NCBI RefSeq assembly: GCF_009914755.1
Contig: NC_060938.1
Direction: 5' to 3' (one strand)
DNA length: 64,000 nt
Source of the DNA: the human T2T-CHM13v2.0 reference genome, Homo sapiens
Under the pieces are notes generated by a model. That model was not told the origin of the DNA, searched no databases, and was given only the letters and a program-made list of their open reading frames with translations. Below, one piece after another: positions 41,379 through 55,047 of the stretch; position 1 is the first letter of the stretch; each line of letters begins with the position of its first letter. A program made the position numbers and the translations under genes.

Positions 41379-42914
41379 TGGTTGAGCCTTTGCCATAGTG
41401 AAAGCAGTTGGTGTGGAGTGGATCCTCAGAACTAGGTGCTCATCCTTCGGTCTCCCCGTTACCCTGGCAGGTTTTCTGGGGGTACCTTCAGGTCCTGTCT
41501 CAGCTCTGGCTTGGGATCTCCACGGTGTCCGTACTCACTGGGGGCTTCCAGAAGTTCATGCTCAATACCGTGAATCCCCAAACCTCGAGCAACTGCTCAG
41601 GGTTTCTGCAGTGTCTGCTAGCTTTGGGTAAGGGTTAGGTCACTGATTCTGTTAACGATCCATTTTAGGGTGCTAGCATTCATCCACAGGCACAGGATCC
41701 CACCAGCCTGGCCCACAGGACTTGTGATTAGGGGAACCCAGTTGTGCAGTCAGCAGCAAGGCCCTAACGATTGCTCAGGCAAGAGTCATCCCCTTTCTGA
41801 GCCTCAGTTTCCTTCTCTGAAAGATTAAATGGATGGTCACTGTGCTCCATCGGCTCTGAGATTGATGGGCCTCCCAGCTTGAAGGGGAGGAAGCTCACGC
41901 CTCTTGAATAGCTACTGTGTTGGCATTATCTCCATATATAGCAACATACATTCCTCACACAGTGACCCTTGGAGAAAAGTATTTAATCTCTCATTTTCAG
42001 CTGAGAAAACAGAGAGAACAGTTTAGACAATTTGCCCTGGGGTTATAGAGCCAAGCCTTGAACTTAGTGTGTCTGCTTCCTAGTCAGGAAAGCACCAGCC
42101 AGCTCAGAGATGGGGCTCTGTCAACCCTCTTCCCATAACTTCTCTCTCCCTCTCCCTACTAGAGAGAGCTCCGGGAAGAGTTAGTTGCAAAGTGGGAGAG
42201 ATTTATGTCTCCTGTCCTCTTGGGCAGGCCCTGTTCCTCTCTGGTGACAATTGCATTCTTGGCATTTCCATTTCCCTCCTGGAAAGCAGCCTTGTCTTAT
42301 GTGTTCTCTCACACTTGCCCTCTTGTTCTTTAGTTCTTTCTTGCAGAGTGACATTAATCCAGTTTGGGGGCAGTGATAGCTGAAAAACAGTCAACGTGAG
42401 GGCTGGAAATAGCCTAAGAAATCGGCAAATGCCATCCCCTGCTTTTGCTTCTCTGCACCTGCTGGAGGGAGAGAGCCTTCATTATCACACATGTAATAAA
42501 AATAAATGTTTATTGACTGTTGACTGAGTGAGGACAGGATTCATGGTGGCTAGAACAGACCTTATCATTTAATTCAATACATTGCCATGCAGTTTAATCA
42601 AGAAGGGTGGGTGACCAGGGCAGGCTCCCACCAGCTGGGAAGTGGCACAGCAGGGACAGGAGGAGGTATTCAAGCTCCTAGCACATAGAATTACATCAGA
42701 AAATGCACAAAAGCCAAAGTCGAAGTCATAATTCTCTGCCCCTTATTCCCACTCCCAGTCTCTTAGCATTTCAAATGCGAGAAAACAGAAGAGAGGAAAG
42801 GAAATCCAGCCATAAACTCCTGATTCAGAAGCAAATGTCAATCCCAAGAACAGGGCAGTCCCTCTTCCCAGCTTTCAAAGTAACATTCCTGAATGGAACA
42901 TTCATCAAAAGCCT

Positions 42915-43821
42915 GTATAGCAGACAGATCAATCAGTTTGCCTCCCACACCCAACTTCCCCTTCTGACTTAATCAGCTCCACTTCCTCTGCAAAGAGCAG
43001 TCATGTGACCTCAACCCTACCACAGCCAATTGGACCAAGCATGACCACATGACTCAAGACTGGCTTGTTTGTGGGCTGGACTGAGTCAATGAAACGCTCA
43101 GTGAGAGGAACTGAGTCACAGAGGTCAGGGGTGGTAGCTATTCAACAAGAAGATCTGGAGAGCTGTAGTTGGGGGTGGTGTCTTGCTAAGCCAGAACCAT
43201 GAGAGATGGAGTAGTGTGGTCTGCAGAAACAAGAGGGTATACAGGCTGTGAGAGATGCCAAGCTGGAAGGCCACGAGGCCCTAGAGAGAAGGGGCTGAAA
43301 AAGCCAGAGACTCCTCTATGTTTCCTGAAGCTCTGTCCTATAAGTAAGGAAGGTGCTAAATGCATTCAATGACCCTTCCATTTACTGGGGCTGGATAACT
43401 GGTGTATTAGTCCATTTTCATACTGCTATAAAGAACTGTCCAAGACTGGTTAATTTATAAAGGAAAGAGGTTTAATTGACTCCCGGTTCAGCATAGCTGG
43501 GGAGACCTCAGGAAACTTACAATCATGGCAGAAGGCAAAGGAGAAGCAAGACAATTTCTTCACAAGGCTCAGCACAGGAAGAAGTGCCAAGCAAAGAGGG
43601 AGGAGCCCCCTATAAAACCATTAGATCTCGTGAGAACTCACTCACTATCACGAGAACGGCATGGGGGAAACCACCCCGTGATTCAGTTACTCCCACCTGA
43701 TATCTCCCTTGACACGTGGGGATTATGGGGATTACAATTCAAGACGAGATTTGGGTAGGGACACAAAGCCTAACCATATCAACTGGTTTTCATGATAACC
43801 AAGAGAGCTCTGCCTGGGACA
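42915..43821 (+). mobile_element. Old ERVL-type LTR (LTR33-like family), split by THE1
   Basis: cttccccttctg, gtcatgtgacc, ccaattggaccaag...cacatgactcaag; 3' end gataaccaagagagctctgcctgggaca. Subfamily uncertain. Confidence 0.5.
43403..43781 (-). mobile_element. THE1C/D-like solo LTR
   Basis: TGTATTAGTCC...AACCATATCA; perfect TSD ACTGG. Confidence 0.95.
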
Positions 43822-43870
43822 GCCTACCATGAGTCAGGTGTGAAAGTTGATCATATGAATTGGGTTATTC

Positions 43871-44164
<294 letters not shown>

Positions 44165-44633
44165 CTCTTTTTTTTTTTTTTTTTTGAGACAGGGTCTCAC
44201 TCCTGGAGACAGCCTGCAAGGAATGACAGATTCCTAAGAAGGGAAGAAGAGACCGCAAAGAGAAGGGTCCTAGGACTGACCCTGGGGACACACAGACTTT
44301 CAAGGCAGGAGAAAGTGGTCAGACAGAAGCAGGGGACCCAAGGGAGTAGAGACTTTTGGAAGTCAGGGTAGGAGAGAATGACATGTCAAAGAGTTAGAAC
44401 AGAACCACGCCACCTGCTGCTAAGAGGCAAACAAGAAGAGCATGGTGAAAAGGCTTTGTGTTTTACTCCGTTGAGTGAGGTTGACTCAACCACCAGCACT
44501 TAGTTGTTATAAAATGAGGCATAGCCTACTGTTCTTTAATTATGCAATTTAATTAAGTACCTTTTTCTCCCCTTTACCTGTTTGGCTTTACAATCATATG
44601 CCATCCAAGACTCTGCTTAAAAAACGCAGTGTG

Positions 44634-44930
44634 GGCCCGGCGCGGTGGCTCATGCCTGTAATCCCAGCACTTTGGGAGGCCGAGGTGGCAGGTCACGAGG
44701 TCAGGAGATCGAGACCATCCTGGCTAACATGGTGAAACCCCGCCTCTACTAAAAATACAAAAAATTAGCATGTCATGGTGGCACGTGCCTGTAGTCCCAG
44801 CTACTCAGGAGGCTGAGGCAGGAGAGTTGAGGGGTGGAGGTTGCAGTGAGTCAAGATTGTGCCACTGCACTCCAGCCTGGGCTACAGAGCAAGACTCCAT
44901 CTCAAAAAAAAAAAAAAAAAAAAAAAAAAA
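44634..44930 (+). mobile_element. Alu, AluY/Sc8-like, with a small right-arm deletion
   Basis: gtcacgaggtcaggagatcgagaccatcctggctaac; A~27 tail; TSD cgcagtgtg/tgcggtgtg. Confidence 0.96.
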
Positions 44931-45939
44931 GGTGCGGTGTGCCATTGAAATCCATACTTTGCAGGGCTGGTTCCCACTTCCCTCACCCTAGTGTATTCCC
45001 AGCTTCAGCTTCAAAGATACATCTCAAGGCTTGGTTTAAGACTGTTAACTACTCCCAAATTAAGATACATTACGCTCCTCCCCATGTTCCTCCTCCACTA
45101 TGTCTGCTGGGCTGAAAACAAAAGAACCATTTCAAAATGCAATAAACACTACATGCAAATTAGTGCCCCAAATAACTTTGGGTAATCATTTTGGAGAACC
45201 AAAGCTGCTTAGAATACCAATGCTGGGCAGGCAGGTTTGCATGAGGAAAGAAATCCCAGGTGGCCCTGTACTAGTTTGGCTAAGAGAGGATGGGTAAGTC
45301 AAAGGAAAACGTTATCACAGAGACCTGAGCCTTTCCTTGAAGATTCTCCAAGAAAATACCACCAGTCTACAGCTCTATTTTATGAGCTGAGTTGGGACTC
45401 CCACTTACCAATGGGCACCAATAAAGTCTCAGCCCATCAATGGTTATGGCAGCTATTGGCTGTCCTCTGCCTGCTCCCCAAGCACTATGCTGTGTGTCTT
45501 CACAATCTCTATCTCACTTAGTCCTGCATGGGAAAATACAACCTCCACTTTACAAATGACTGAACTGAGTTTCTGAGCTCTTAAGTAGAACAGGAACTCA
45601 ATTTCATACAGCCATAACCAGAAATCTTTATCCTTATGTGGCCTCTCTCTGAGTAGATTTTGTTTCATGTTATATATTTGTTCAATGCCTAGGTTGAGAG
45701 GGGACGATAGAGTGGGGTGAAAAGGATCAGAATGGGGCATTTGGAGAACTGGGTGTTGGCACCAGCATGGACCTGCTTTGTGGTTCTGGGGGAGTCACCT
45801 CATGTCCATGTCCATGGGCCTCATTTTCTTCCTCTATGAAAATGAGGGGATGGGCTGGTCCCATTGTGACCTCTCCTACTCAACTTTGCAAAGGTGGCAG
45901 GATAGAATTTAAGTTCCTTTGTAGCCTCACTCATTCTCA

Positions 45940-46355
45940 TCTCCCACCCCTCCCTGACACCCTTTCACTGCTGCTGCAGCCATGACAAAGGTTGGAGGTC
46001 CCCTGGACAGCCCCCAGCCTTTGCACCTGCTGCTGCCTCTGTTAGGGGGCCTTCCAGCTTTTCTGGTTGGCAAGCTTCTCTTCATCCACTGAAGCCCCAG
46101 CTCAAGTGTCCCCTCCCCGTCACAGTCTCCCAGACTCTAAAAGGAAGTTCTAATAGAGCCGTCCCCCCCTCTTATATCCATAAGAATCCAGTTCACAGCT
46201 GTCCGTTGGAGCACTCTGAAATGCTGTGTCATTGTCTCCCTCCCTTCTCCATGACCCAGGGCAGGAGATGGGCTGCACTGGGGCACCATTGCATTGCCAC
46301 CCTCAGGCCCAGCATCTAGCATATAATGCTTTCTAGATGGTGACAGAATGAATGC
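45940..46355 (+). mobile_element. L2 3' region
   Basis: gcctttgcacctgctgctgcctctg...cagctcaagtgtcccctcc...agaatgaatg. Confidence 0.7.
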
Positions 46356-46959
46356 CCTTCCAAGGCAAACCTCATCTCTGGCATCTTAAGATGGTATGAA
46401 TTTAACTGTGCTCCTGGCAGAGCAGAAAATGCCAAAACGAGAGATAATTTTACCTTCCCTGTCTATTTGTGTTTCTCTGTGTCATTGACTTTCACTCCTA
46501 CACTCTAGTTCCTCGTCAGCAGACAAGCCATCTTGTGAGCGTAAATAAATGTCAGTCATAGCTGGGATTCCCTCTTCTCCTGAAACAAAGCCTCCATGAG
46601 CCTGCGTTGGAACATGGAAGGGCATGATATCTTTGTGGCTAAGATTATTTTAATTTGGAGATCCAGTCACCCAGCAAAGCCCCCTGCTCCTAAATATCCA
46701 CCATATTGGGAAGCCATGGTGTCTCAGGGCACCGTTAGTAACTTATAGTGAGGAAATTCTCTGTTCAATGGACGTGTCATATGGAAAAATATCAAAGCCA
46801 TTAACTATCATTCAGAAGTATTTTGACTCACTCATCATTCATCTGTTTATTTATTCATGTATTCACCCATTCAAGCGTTTCTATAAACTGGGTACAAATC
46901 ATTTTAACTTCACTCCTGAGAAAGGTTCCACAATGGCTTATTGACCCAAGGTTACCAAT

Positions 46960-47200
46960 TAATATAGTAATAGCTGATATTTATGGAATGCTTATTGTTT
47001 ACTGGGCACTGTATTAAAAACTTTATATATGTTAATGTATTTAACCCTCACAAAAACTCCACTAGATTGGTATCATTTTTTATCGTCTTTATTTTGCAGA
47101 TGAGAAAACTGAGGCACAAAGAGATTCTTAGCTTGCTTAGGACCACATGTCTGGCAATCAGCAGAGGTGGACTAAGATCATCATATGCTCTTAACCACAA
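46960..47200 (-). mobile_element. MIR
   Basis: atagctgatatttatggaatgcttattg...attttgcagatgagaaaactgaggcacaaagag. Confidence 0.85.
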
Positions 47201-48024
47201 CCTGCACCCTTAGGATGGGAAGGGACCCTAAGAGACAGTCACGCCCCCAAGGGTCTCGGCAGAGTCTAAGGAGCATCAGACAGGAGACAGAACCCGTGAC
47301 TTCCATCCAAAACTATGCCCCTGGCCAAGTATGTCACCTTGGCAAAGCACGTGGCCCTTTGAGTAACAATGTGGTTTTGTTGTTCTTGCTGGTTTTCATT
47401 AACCTACTAATATTTTTAAAGGCACTTGGATTAGAAGATGACTAGCAAAGCCAGAGGGCTCTCCAGCCTCTACAATTCTGCAAACTAGATCTTCCCCACC
47501 CCCTGCAAATTATTACCGGTACTGTCAAGGTGGCTGAGGCTTAATGTCTGAAATCGACATCAGCAGAAGGCAGGCTGTGCTCTGAGCAGGCTGCTCTGGA
47601 GGGCCTGACACCTTGTTTCCTGGGGATATAATGAAGATGGGGGTACTGTGGCTACAGCCTTTGATTAAACCATTTCCAGGAGGGTGTAGGGAAGAGAGGC
47701 CTGAGGCCATGACCTTGGAGGAGCCTGTTGAAAATGCACATGTTCCATTTTCACAGTGTGTCCCTTCCATCCTGTCCCCAGCTCCAACTTCTGGCACTAA
47801 CACTGGTTAGAATCTCAAGGGTGGCTGGAGGGTCTCTCACACGGGGCAGGGTGATGCTGGCCAAAGGGGTTTTCAGTGCGCAGGAGACACAGAGGAGAAT
47901 AATGCACACGCCGAGCCAGGAGAAGTAAGCTGGACAGTGTCATTTTTCAGATCAAGTGACAAGGTATCAGGTCATTCAGTGTTAAGGACAAGGTCTTCAT
48001 ATATCCTAGTGCTGCCCCAGAAAG

Positions 48025-48255
48025 GCCATGTGATAGGGCGGAGCGAGCACAGGCCCACACGGTAGTCACATGGACTTAAATCCAAGTGCTGCCTCTCATT
48101 AGCTGTGTGTCCATGAGTGGGCTATTGGCATCTGTGAGCCTCACTTTCCTATTCTATAAAATGGGGAACTCTCTCCAACTTTCAGGGTTGTAGCAACAAT
48201 TAGAAATGACGTTAGTCGAATGCTCAGCTCTCAACTTAGCACAAAGATGCTCAAT
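48025..48255 (+). mobile_element. MIR
   Basis: tagctgtgtgtccatgag...gagcctcactttcctattctataaaatgggg. Confidence 0.78.
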
Positions 48256-48594
<339 letters not shown>

Positions 48595-49137
48595 TCATTT
48601 TGTTCAGCTGAAGTAGAGGTGTGTAAAGGGGAATCAGAAGATGGGGCTGAAAACACGGCCAGGGACCATTCCCTTTTTCCTGTATTCATTCCATACAGAC
48701 TTTTTAGGTACTGACCTTGAGCCAGGGATAGGCTCTGGTATATAGCAGACACAGTTCTTGCCCTCGGGTATTTTTCTTGAATACATCTCTTCTTTGTGTT
48801 AAGGAAGTCCTCTTCTATTTCTATTTTGCTAAGAGGTTTTTATTTTTTAATCATGAAAGGCTATGAATTTTATGAAAGGTTTTTTCTCATCAATTGAGAT
48901 GAATATGTATTTTCTTCTTTAATATGTACCATTTAAACTAAAATCTTAGATATGGAATTTGGGGTTAAAGAGGTTAGCCACTCGCAATGTTGGAAACATG
49001 TTGCTAAACTGTCCTTTAGAATGATTTTAATCACTCATACCCCCCATCATGGTAGATAAGCATGCCAACTTCAGCACACTGTGATAATCATCAGTTATTT
49101 TCATCATTTCCATCTGACAGGTGCAACATGGAGGGTT

Positions 49138-49528
49138 TGTTGGTTGAGTCCTTCTGAGAAGCAGATGTTGCGATGGGATTAGACATGGAGAGAGTTAGTG
49201 AGGAAGGGGAGGGGCTGGAGAAGGTGGGAAGGGCCATAAAATGCAGCCTCAGTAAAAGAGGGGTGAGTAGACAGAGCATCAGACTGCCCTGCATTTCCAA
49301 GAAACTTTCAGCCAGGCCAACTTGGACTCCATCCAAGTCACCCTCAGAGGAGTGTCTTGTCCCAGGAAGAGACCTGCATTCCTGTTCTTGGCTGTGAGCA
49401 GCCCTGGGAAGCATGGCCTTGGGACAAATGTGGTGTTGAATTCCAGTCAAGTTGAAGCTGCCCATCAATGGTGCCCCCACAGTAGGAGAGCTGAGTGAGT
49501 GCTCAGTGCATGTTCTCACGGCAGCCAA
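49138..49528 (-). mobile_element. ERVL solo LTR, LTR16A/B-like, inserted in L1ME fragments
   Basis: gagtccttctgagaagcagatg...ttggctgtgagcagccctgggaagcatggcctt...cacggcagcca; TSD gggtt/gggct. Confidence 0.72.
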
Positions 49529-49777
49529 GGGCTGTTTGTTTTATTCTTACTAATTTGTTGGAGTTCTTTATAGATTATGGATATTAACTAATAGAAGCAT
49601 TGCAATTGTTTTCCCCAGTTTATCGCATGTCCTCTGACCTAGTTGGAGAGAGAGGGAAAGATTGTCATAAAGGAAGGGAATTCTAAATATTTAGACAAGA
49701 AAAGCTGTTTTCTAAATATTTTTTGGCTTTTATTCCCTTCCTTCTTTCCTTCTTTCCTTCCTTCCTTCCTTCCTTTC

Positions 49778-50513
<736 letters not shown>

Positions 50514-50619
50514 TATTATCTTGTAAGTATGAACTAAACCATATGGGCTCAGCCGAATTGGATGGCCAGTCTGCAAAAATGCAGGGGTGGAGGCACAGGC
50601 TCGGTGACACCACTGGACA

Positions 50620-51105
50620 TAGTCAGTGGAACCCAGACAATAGGAAACTGCACACCAGTGACCTGGCTTCTTCAACAGATAATTCACAAGGATAAAGGGA
50701 AAAAAGGGGAGTCGTGGGGTAGAAGGGACTCGAGAGCCATGTCAGATAACTTCAGTAAATGGATCCCTCCCTCCAGAAAAGTGAAACAAGAAGGGAAGTT
50801 TGAAAACCGACTGAATATTTGCTATAAAAATATAGTTATTTGTTAGAATGATGATGGAACTGAGATTATGTTCAAAGAAAGACGCCTGTGTATTTTGGCG
50901 CCACATGCAGGGATATTTTCACATGAATAAGTCTGGGATCTGTTCCAAAGTCACCCGAAGTGGGCCCAAGTGTGTGGGGATACGGATGAAGTGGACTGGC
51001 CATGATGCTTGTTTTAAATGGAGGGTGGTACATACATCCACAGGGGCTCATGGTACCATGTTCTCCATCTCTGTATATATTTAAGGTTTTCCATAAAAAA
51101 AGATA
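50620..51105 (+). mobile_element. Old L1MC/ME 3'UTR fragment
   Basis: gacctggcttcttcaacagataa; tgaataagtctgggatctgttccaaag; gtatatatttaaggttttccataaaaaa. Confidence 0.6.
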
Positions 51106-51125
51106 AAAACTATAATCTACCAGAA

Positions 51126-51176
51126 ACACACACACACAAACACATGTACACACACACAACACACACACACACACAC
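51126..51176. repeat. (CA)n, imperfect
   Basis: Read directly from the sequence. Confidence 0.9.
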
Positions 51177-52136
51177 GAAAACAAGAGAGCGCCCTGGAGC
51201 CCAAATTTCAGGGTCTGAACGTCATCCCCACACTTGCTAGCTGGTGGCCCTCAATGGAGTTATCTAACCTCTTTGTATTTCTGTTTCTCATACATAAAAT
51301 ATGGAAACTATTATGTCTTGTGTCATATCCCTGTTTTGAGGATTAAATGAGAAAAAAACAGGTAAAGCACTCCTCTATGGAGAATCCAGCACATAAAAAG
51401 CACTGCATTAATTGATATTACAAATGTTTATTGAGTGCCTTGAATGTGTCAGGCACTGTGGCCAACACAGAGACTATCTAGTCTTTTCTAATTATTAATA
51501 ACTAGCATTATTATTTTGTGATTCTATTTCCTACATTTCCATCTTTTTCCATCTGGATTTCATTTTGGTATAAGGAAGGATGCAGGGAATTTTTTATTCG
51601 AATATTTTGTCAATTATCCAATGTCATCATTCATCAAATAGTCCTTTTTTCTCCACTGATGTGAAACATTCTCTGCTTCATATTCTAAATTCACATGTCT
51701 ATTTCTGAGCTCTCTATGTTCTTTGATGCTCTTCTAACCATGTTTTTGTCTGATCACCTTTAGGAATCTGTTTTTAATATTTGGCTAGTGTAGATGAAGA
51801 AAATATTAGTTTAAAAAAATTTTTTTTTCTAATTTAAGAAAGCAGAATATTTTTATTTCCACTTTACTTAGAAAGGATTTTTGGCTTCTGTCCACTAGAT
51901 CTTTCCACAAAATACAGAGCAAATTGTAGAATGATCCGCTGAACTCAGAACAATAAGAGAAGAGTGATCCATCGTCAGAGCCGACCAGTGAGAAGGAGGG
52001 AGTTAACTGGGCTTCCGCAGGTAATACCCAAGTAAGGCCATAGTTAAATCCACGGTCCCAGCCTTTTGCATCTTTGCCCAAGGTTTTTCCCGCTTATTTA
52101 TAGGGTTAGTTAAGTTCAATTTTGTTTGCTTTGTGT

Positions 52137-52460
52137 ATTTAAAAAATTTAATTGACAAATAATAATTGCATATACTTAGGGAGTCCAGCGTGACATTTTG
52201 ACCTATGTATACATTGTGGAATGATTAAATCGTGCTAATTAACATGTCTGTCATCTCACATATTTATCATCTTTTGTGGTGAGAACATTTGAATTTTACT
52301 TATTTTTAGCAATTTTGAAATATACAATGAGTTATTATTAACTATAGTCACCGTGTTGTGCACTAGATCGCAAAAACTTATTCCTACTGTCTAACTGAAA
52401 CTTTGGACCCTATAACTAATAACTCCCTCTTGTCCCTCCTTCCACCCCTAGCCCCTGGTG
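52137..52460 (-). mobile_element. L1MA (MA7-9-like) 3' end
   Basis: aattgacaaataataattg...ttattattaactatagtcaccgtgttgtgc...tctaactgaaactttg. Confidence 0.88.
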
Positions 52461-52971
52461 GCAGAGCAGTACATCTGAGCTCTACATCATTGGATTGTTT
52501 TAATAATTCTTTAGAAAACAAATGCAGCTCCAATTTCTGTGTATCTGTGCAAAGTGTCTGAAGTGTCTGTGCATGTCTATGACAAGCAATTCTTATCTTT
52601 TCTGATACACCTGTAGGAGTAGATAAAGTTGATATTTATTGAGTGCCTATTATAAGCATGATACTTTATATATGTACCAATGACCTTTTCGCCTTGGGCT
52701 GGCTAAACTTTTTTGGCTGTGAAAAGGGGTAGGAGAGTAATTGAGGTGGCAACCCACTACAGTTGCCCAAAACCACAATAGTTACACAAACTCACATAGG
52801 CCACCAAGACTATGAAATCTGCCTCCCCCAGCCCAGGCCCCACTGTGGCAATACAGTAAGCAGGGCATTTGAGGCAATGTAGGTTTAGAAGCAGGTAGCT
52901 TCTTTCCAGTTCACAACCAACCCACGGGGGAACCAACAGGCATTCCTGAGATGCTCTCAGGCATGTGGCCC

Positions 52972-52973
<2 letters not shown>

Positions 52974-53040
<67 letters not shown>
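52974..53040. repeat. (CT)n(CA)n compound microsatellite
   Basis: Read directly from the sequence. Confidence 0.95.
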
Positions 53041-53042
<2 letters not shown>

Positions 53043-53505
53043 CTATGATGTACTCAAGTCCTTCCAAATATGTTCTCCTGTCTCCATACAATTTCCCTTT
53101 TCATCTTCTATCAAATGCTACCCAAGTCCCACTCCAGTGCCTTTTCCAAGGAGGAGCACTTGCTCTGTCCCCATCACTGTTTACATCACCTGTGTGAGGA
53201 GGACCCCCTATGCAGGGAAAGCAGGGTGGATGCCTGCACACCTTGGTCTTAAGCAGATTTTCCTGTATCTTTGGTTGACATTAACTTAAAGTCCTGGCTA
53301 ACATCATTTCTGAGGTCACAAGAAGGCCAGCACTTTGCAGCCTCCTCCTCTCCCTTATCTTACCTGTATTTTCTTATATCTTACTGACCATGACATTGCC
53401 TTATCCCTAATTTAGTACTTTATCTTCCTACTGCCACAACAGAAGTGTTTCCAAGTGTGCACATCCCATAATTTCACAAACTTTCTACTACTTTTCATAG
53501 GCTTC

Positions 53506-53996
53506 TGTAGCAGTGAAACAGCAAAGAAGTGACATAACTGACTCCACTTTTTGTTGAAGGGTTCTTTACCCATTACTGCACATAGGCAAGGATAATTTTA
53601 GAGCACTGAGATAATATGCAACAACAGCAATCATGTGGTTTTTAAAACTAACTTTAGGGTTAAAGGGGAAGTATGTAAACAACTATGTCTTGTTCAAAGA
53701 TTTATAGGAGCACTGTGAATTGACCAAAGACAAAAAAGTTCTTAGCCTCCTCGGAAGCTTGCCGGTCCCCAGATGCCTGCAGTTGTTGGTCACCTCTTGA
53801 TCCCAGTCCTCTACTCTTCCCCCTGCACTTAACATAAGAAGAGGCTGAAATTTGTACTCACTTGAGATGTTCTTTGCAACACCAGTCCACTATCTCCTTA
53901 AGTTGCCAGCTGTTGAATAAACCTGCATTTCCTCTCATCAACTCTTGTCTCTGGTGTTTGGCTTTTGAGCAGTGAGCAGCTGAACTTGGGTTCAGA
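53506..53996 (+). mobile_element. ERV1-type solo LTR (LTR8/LTR26-like)
   Basis: gacataactgactccactttt; aaaactaacttt; TATA-like cataagaag; AATAAA; 3' block ttggcttttgagcagtgagcagctgaacttgggttcag. Confidence 0.7.
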
Positions 53997-55047
53997 ACTT
54001 GAACCTACTGCATTTAGTTTTTCTAATGCAGTAGTTTTCCTTCCTGCTCAGGAAGTAGGTTTCCTACCCAAAATGTGTATATTGCTTTTTTTTGAACTCT
54101 TACAACCATGAGTCACTTTGCAAGATACAGAGGGAAAAATGAGGCTCAAAGAGGTTAATTCAATTACCAGGGTTGCTTGCTGGATAAATAGCAGAATTCA
54201 AGTGTACAGATCTGACACTTGATCTAAAAGTCAGCATTTTCCACTCCAGTTTTCTGCCCCTACCTCCCCTGCCCCCATCACTTATGGCATCACATGTAGT
54301 AAAGGGACACAAGCTAATGGCTTGGGATTTCTGGGCATGAGAATTCTGTAAACATGGTGTGGGTCTTGTTCTTTATATTGGTGTTATCTGGATCAGATGT
54401 TTTGATCTTCTGAAAAAGTCCAGGGAAATTTGATCAAAGGCGCTTACCCCAAATATAACTAGTCAGTGAAGTCCTTGAGAAGTAAAATCGAATCCTCTAA
54501 TTGAAAAATTCACTCATTAGAAAAGACTTTGAATTATAAATAGAGTCAGATAATGGATCTTATAAGGAGTTGTATGTATGATAGGATTTTCTCTTATTAA
54601 TTCATTTTTTTAATGGAACTAAAATGCACATTGATTTTCTTCTTATCATTCTTTTAACGACTCTGGCTAAATGGGAACTGAACAGATGAATGACAAATGG
54701 AACATTCCAACCTGTCTCTGGGCTCATGAGACATAGTCAAGTTTACAGTTTTGGGAATATTCTTAGTATGTGACAGAAATTCATTAGGCAACTAAGCAGA
54801 ACACAGTGATTTGAGTGGGAAGAAAGCTGTCTTGCTCTGGAGGGCCAGCACCAACTAACAATAACTCCTTTGCTCTCTCCTGTTCCCTCCCTTCATACAA
54901 AGCCTAGTGACATGCAGGCTGAGAGGTCAACACGTTTCCATTTGTGCTGGGTGTGTGCCCAAGTCATCAGAGCATGATCCTGTGACTGCTTTGTGAAAAA
55001 CTTGCTCCAGCACATTAGGCAAGCCACCCCGTCTCAGTGTCCCCATC

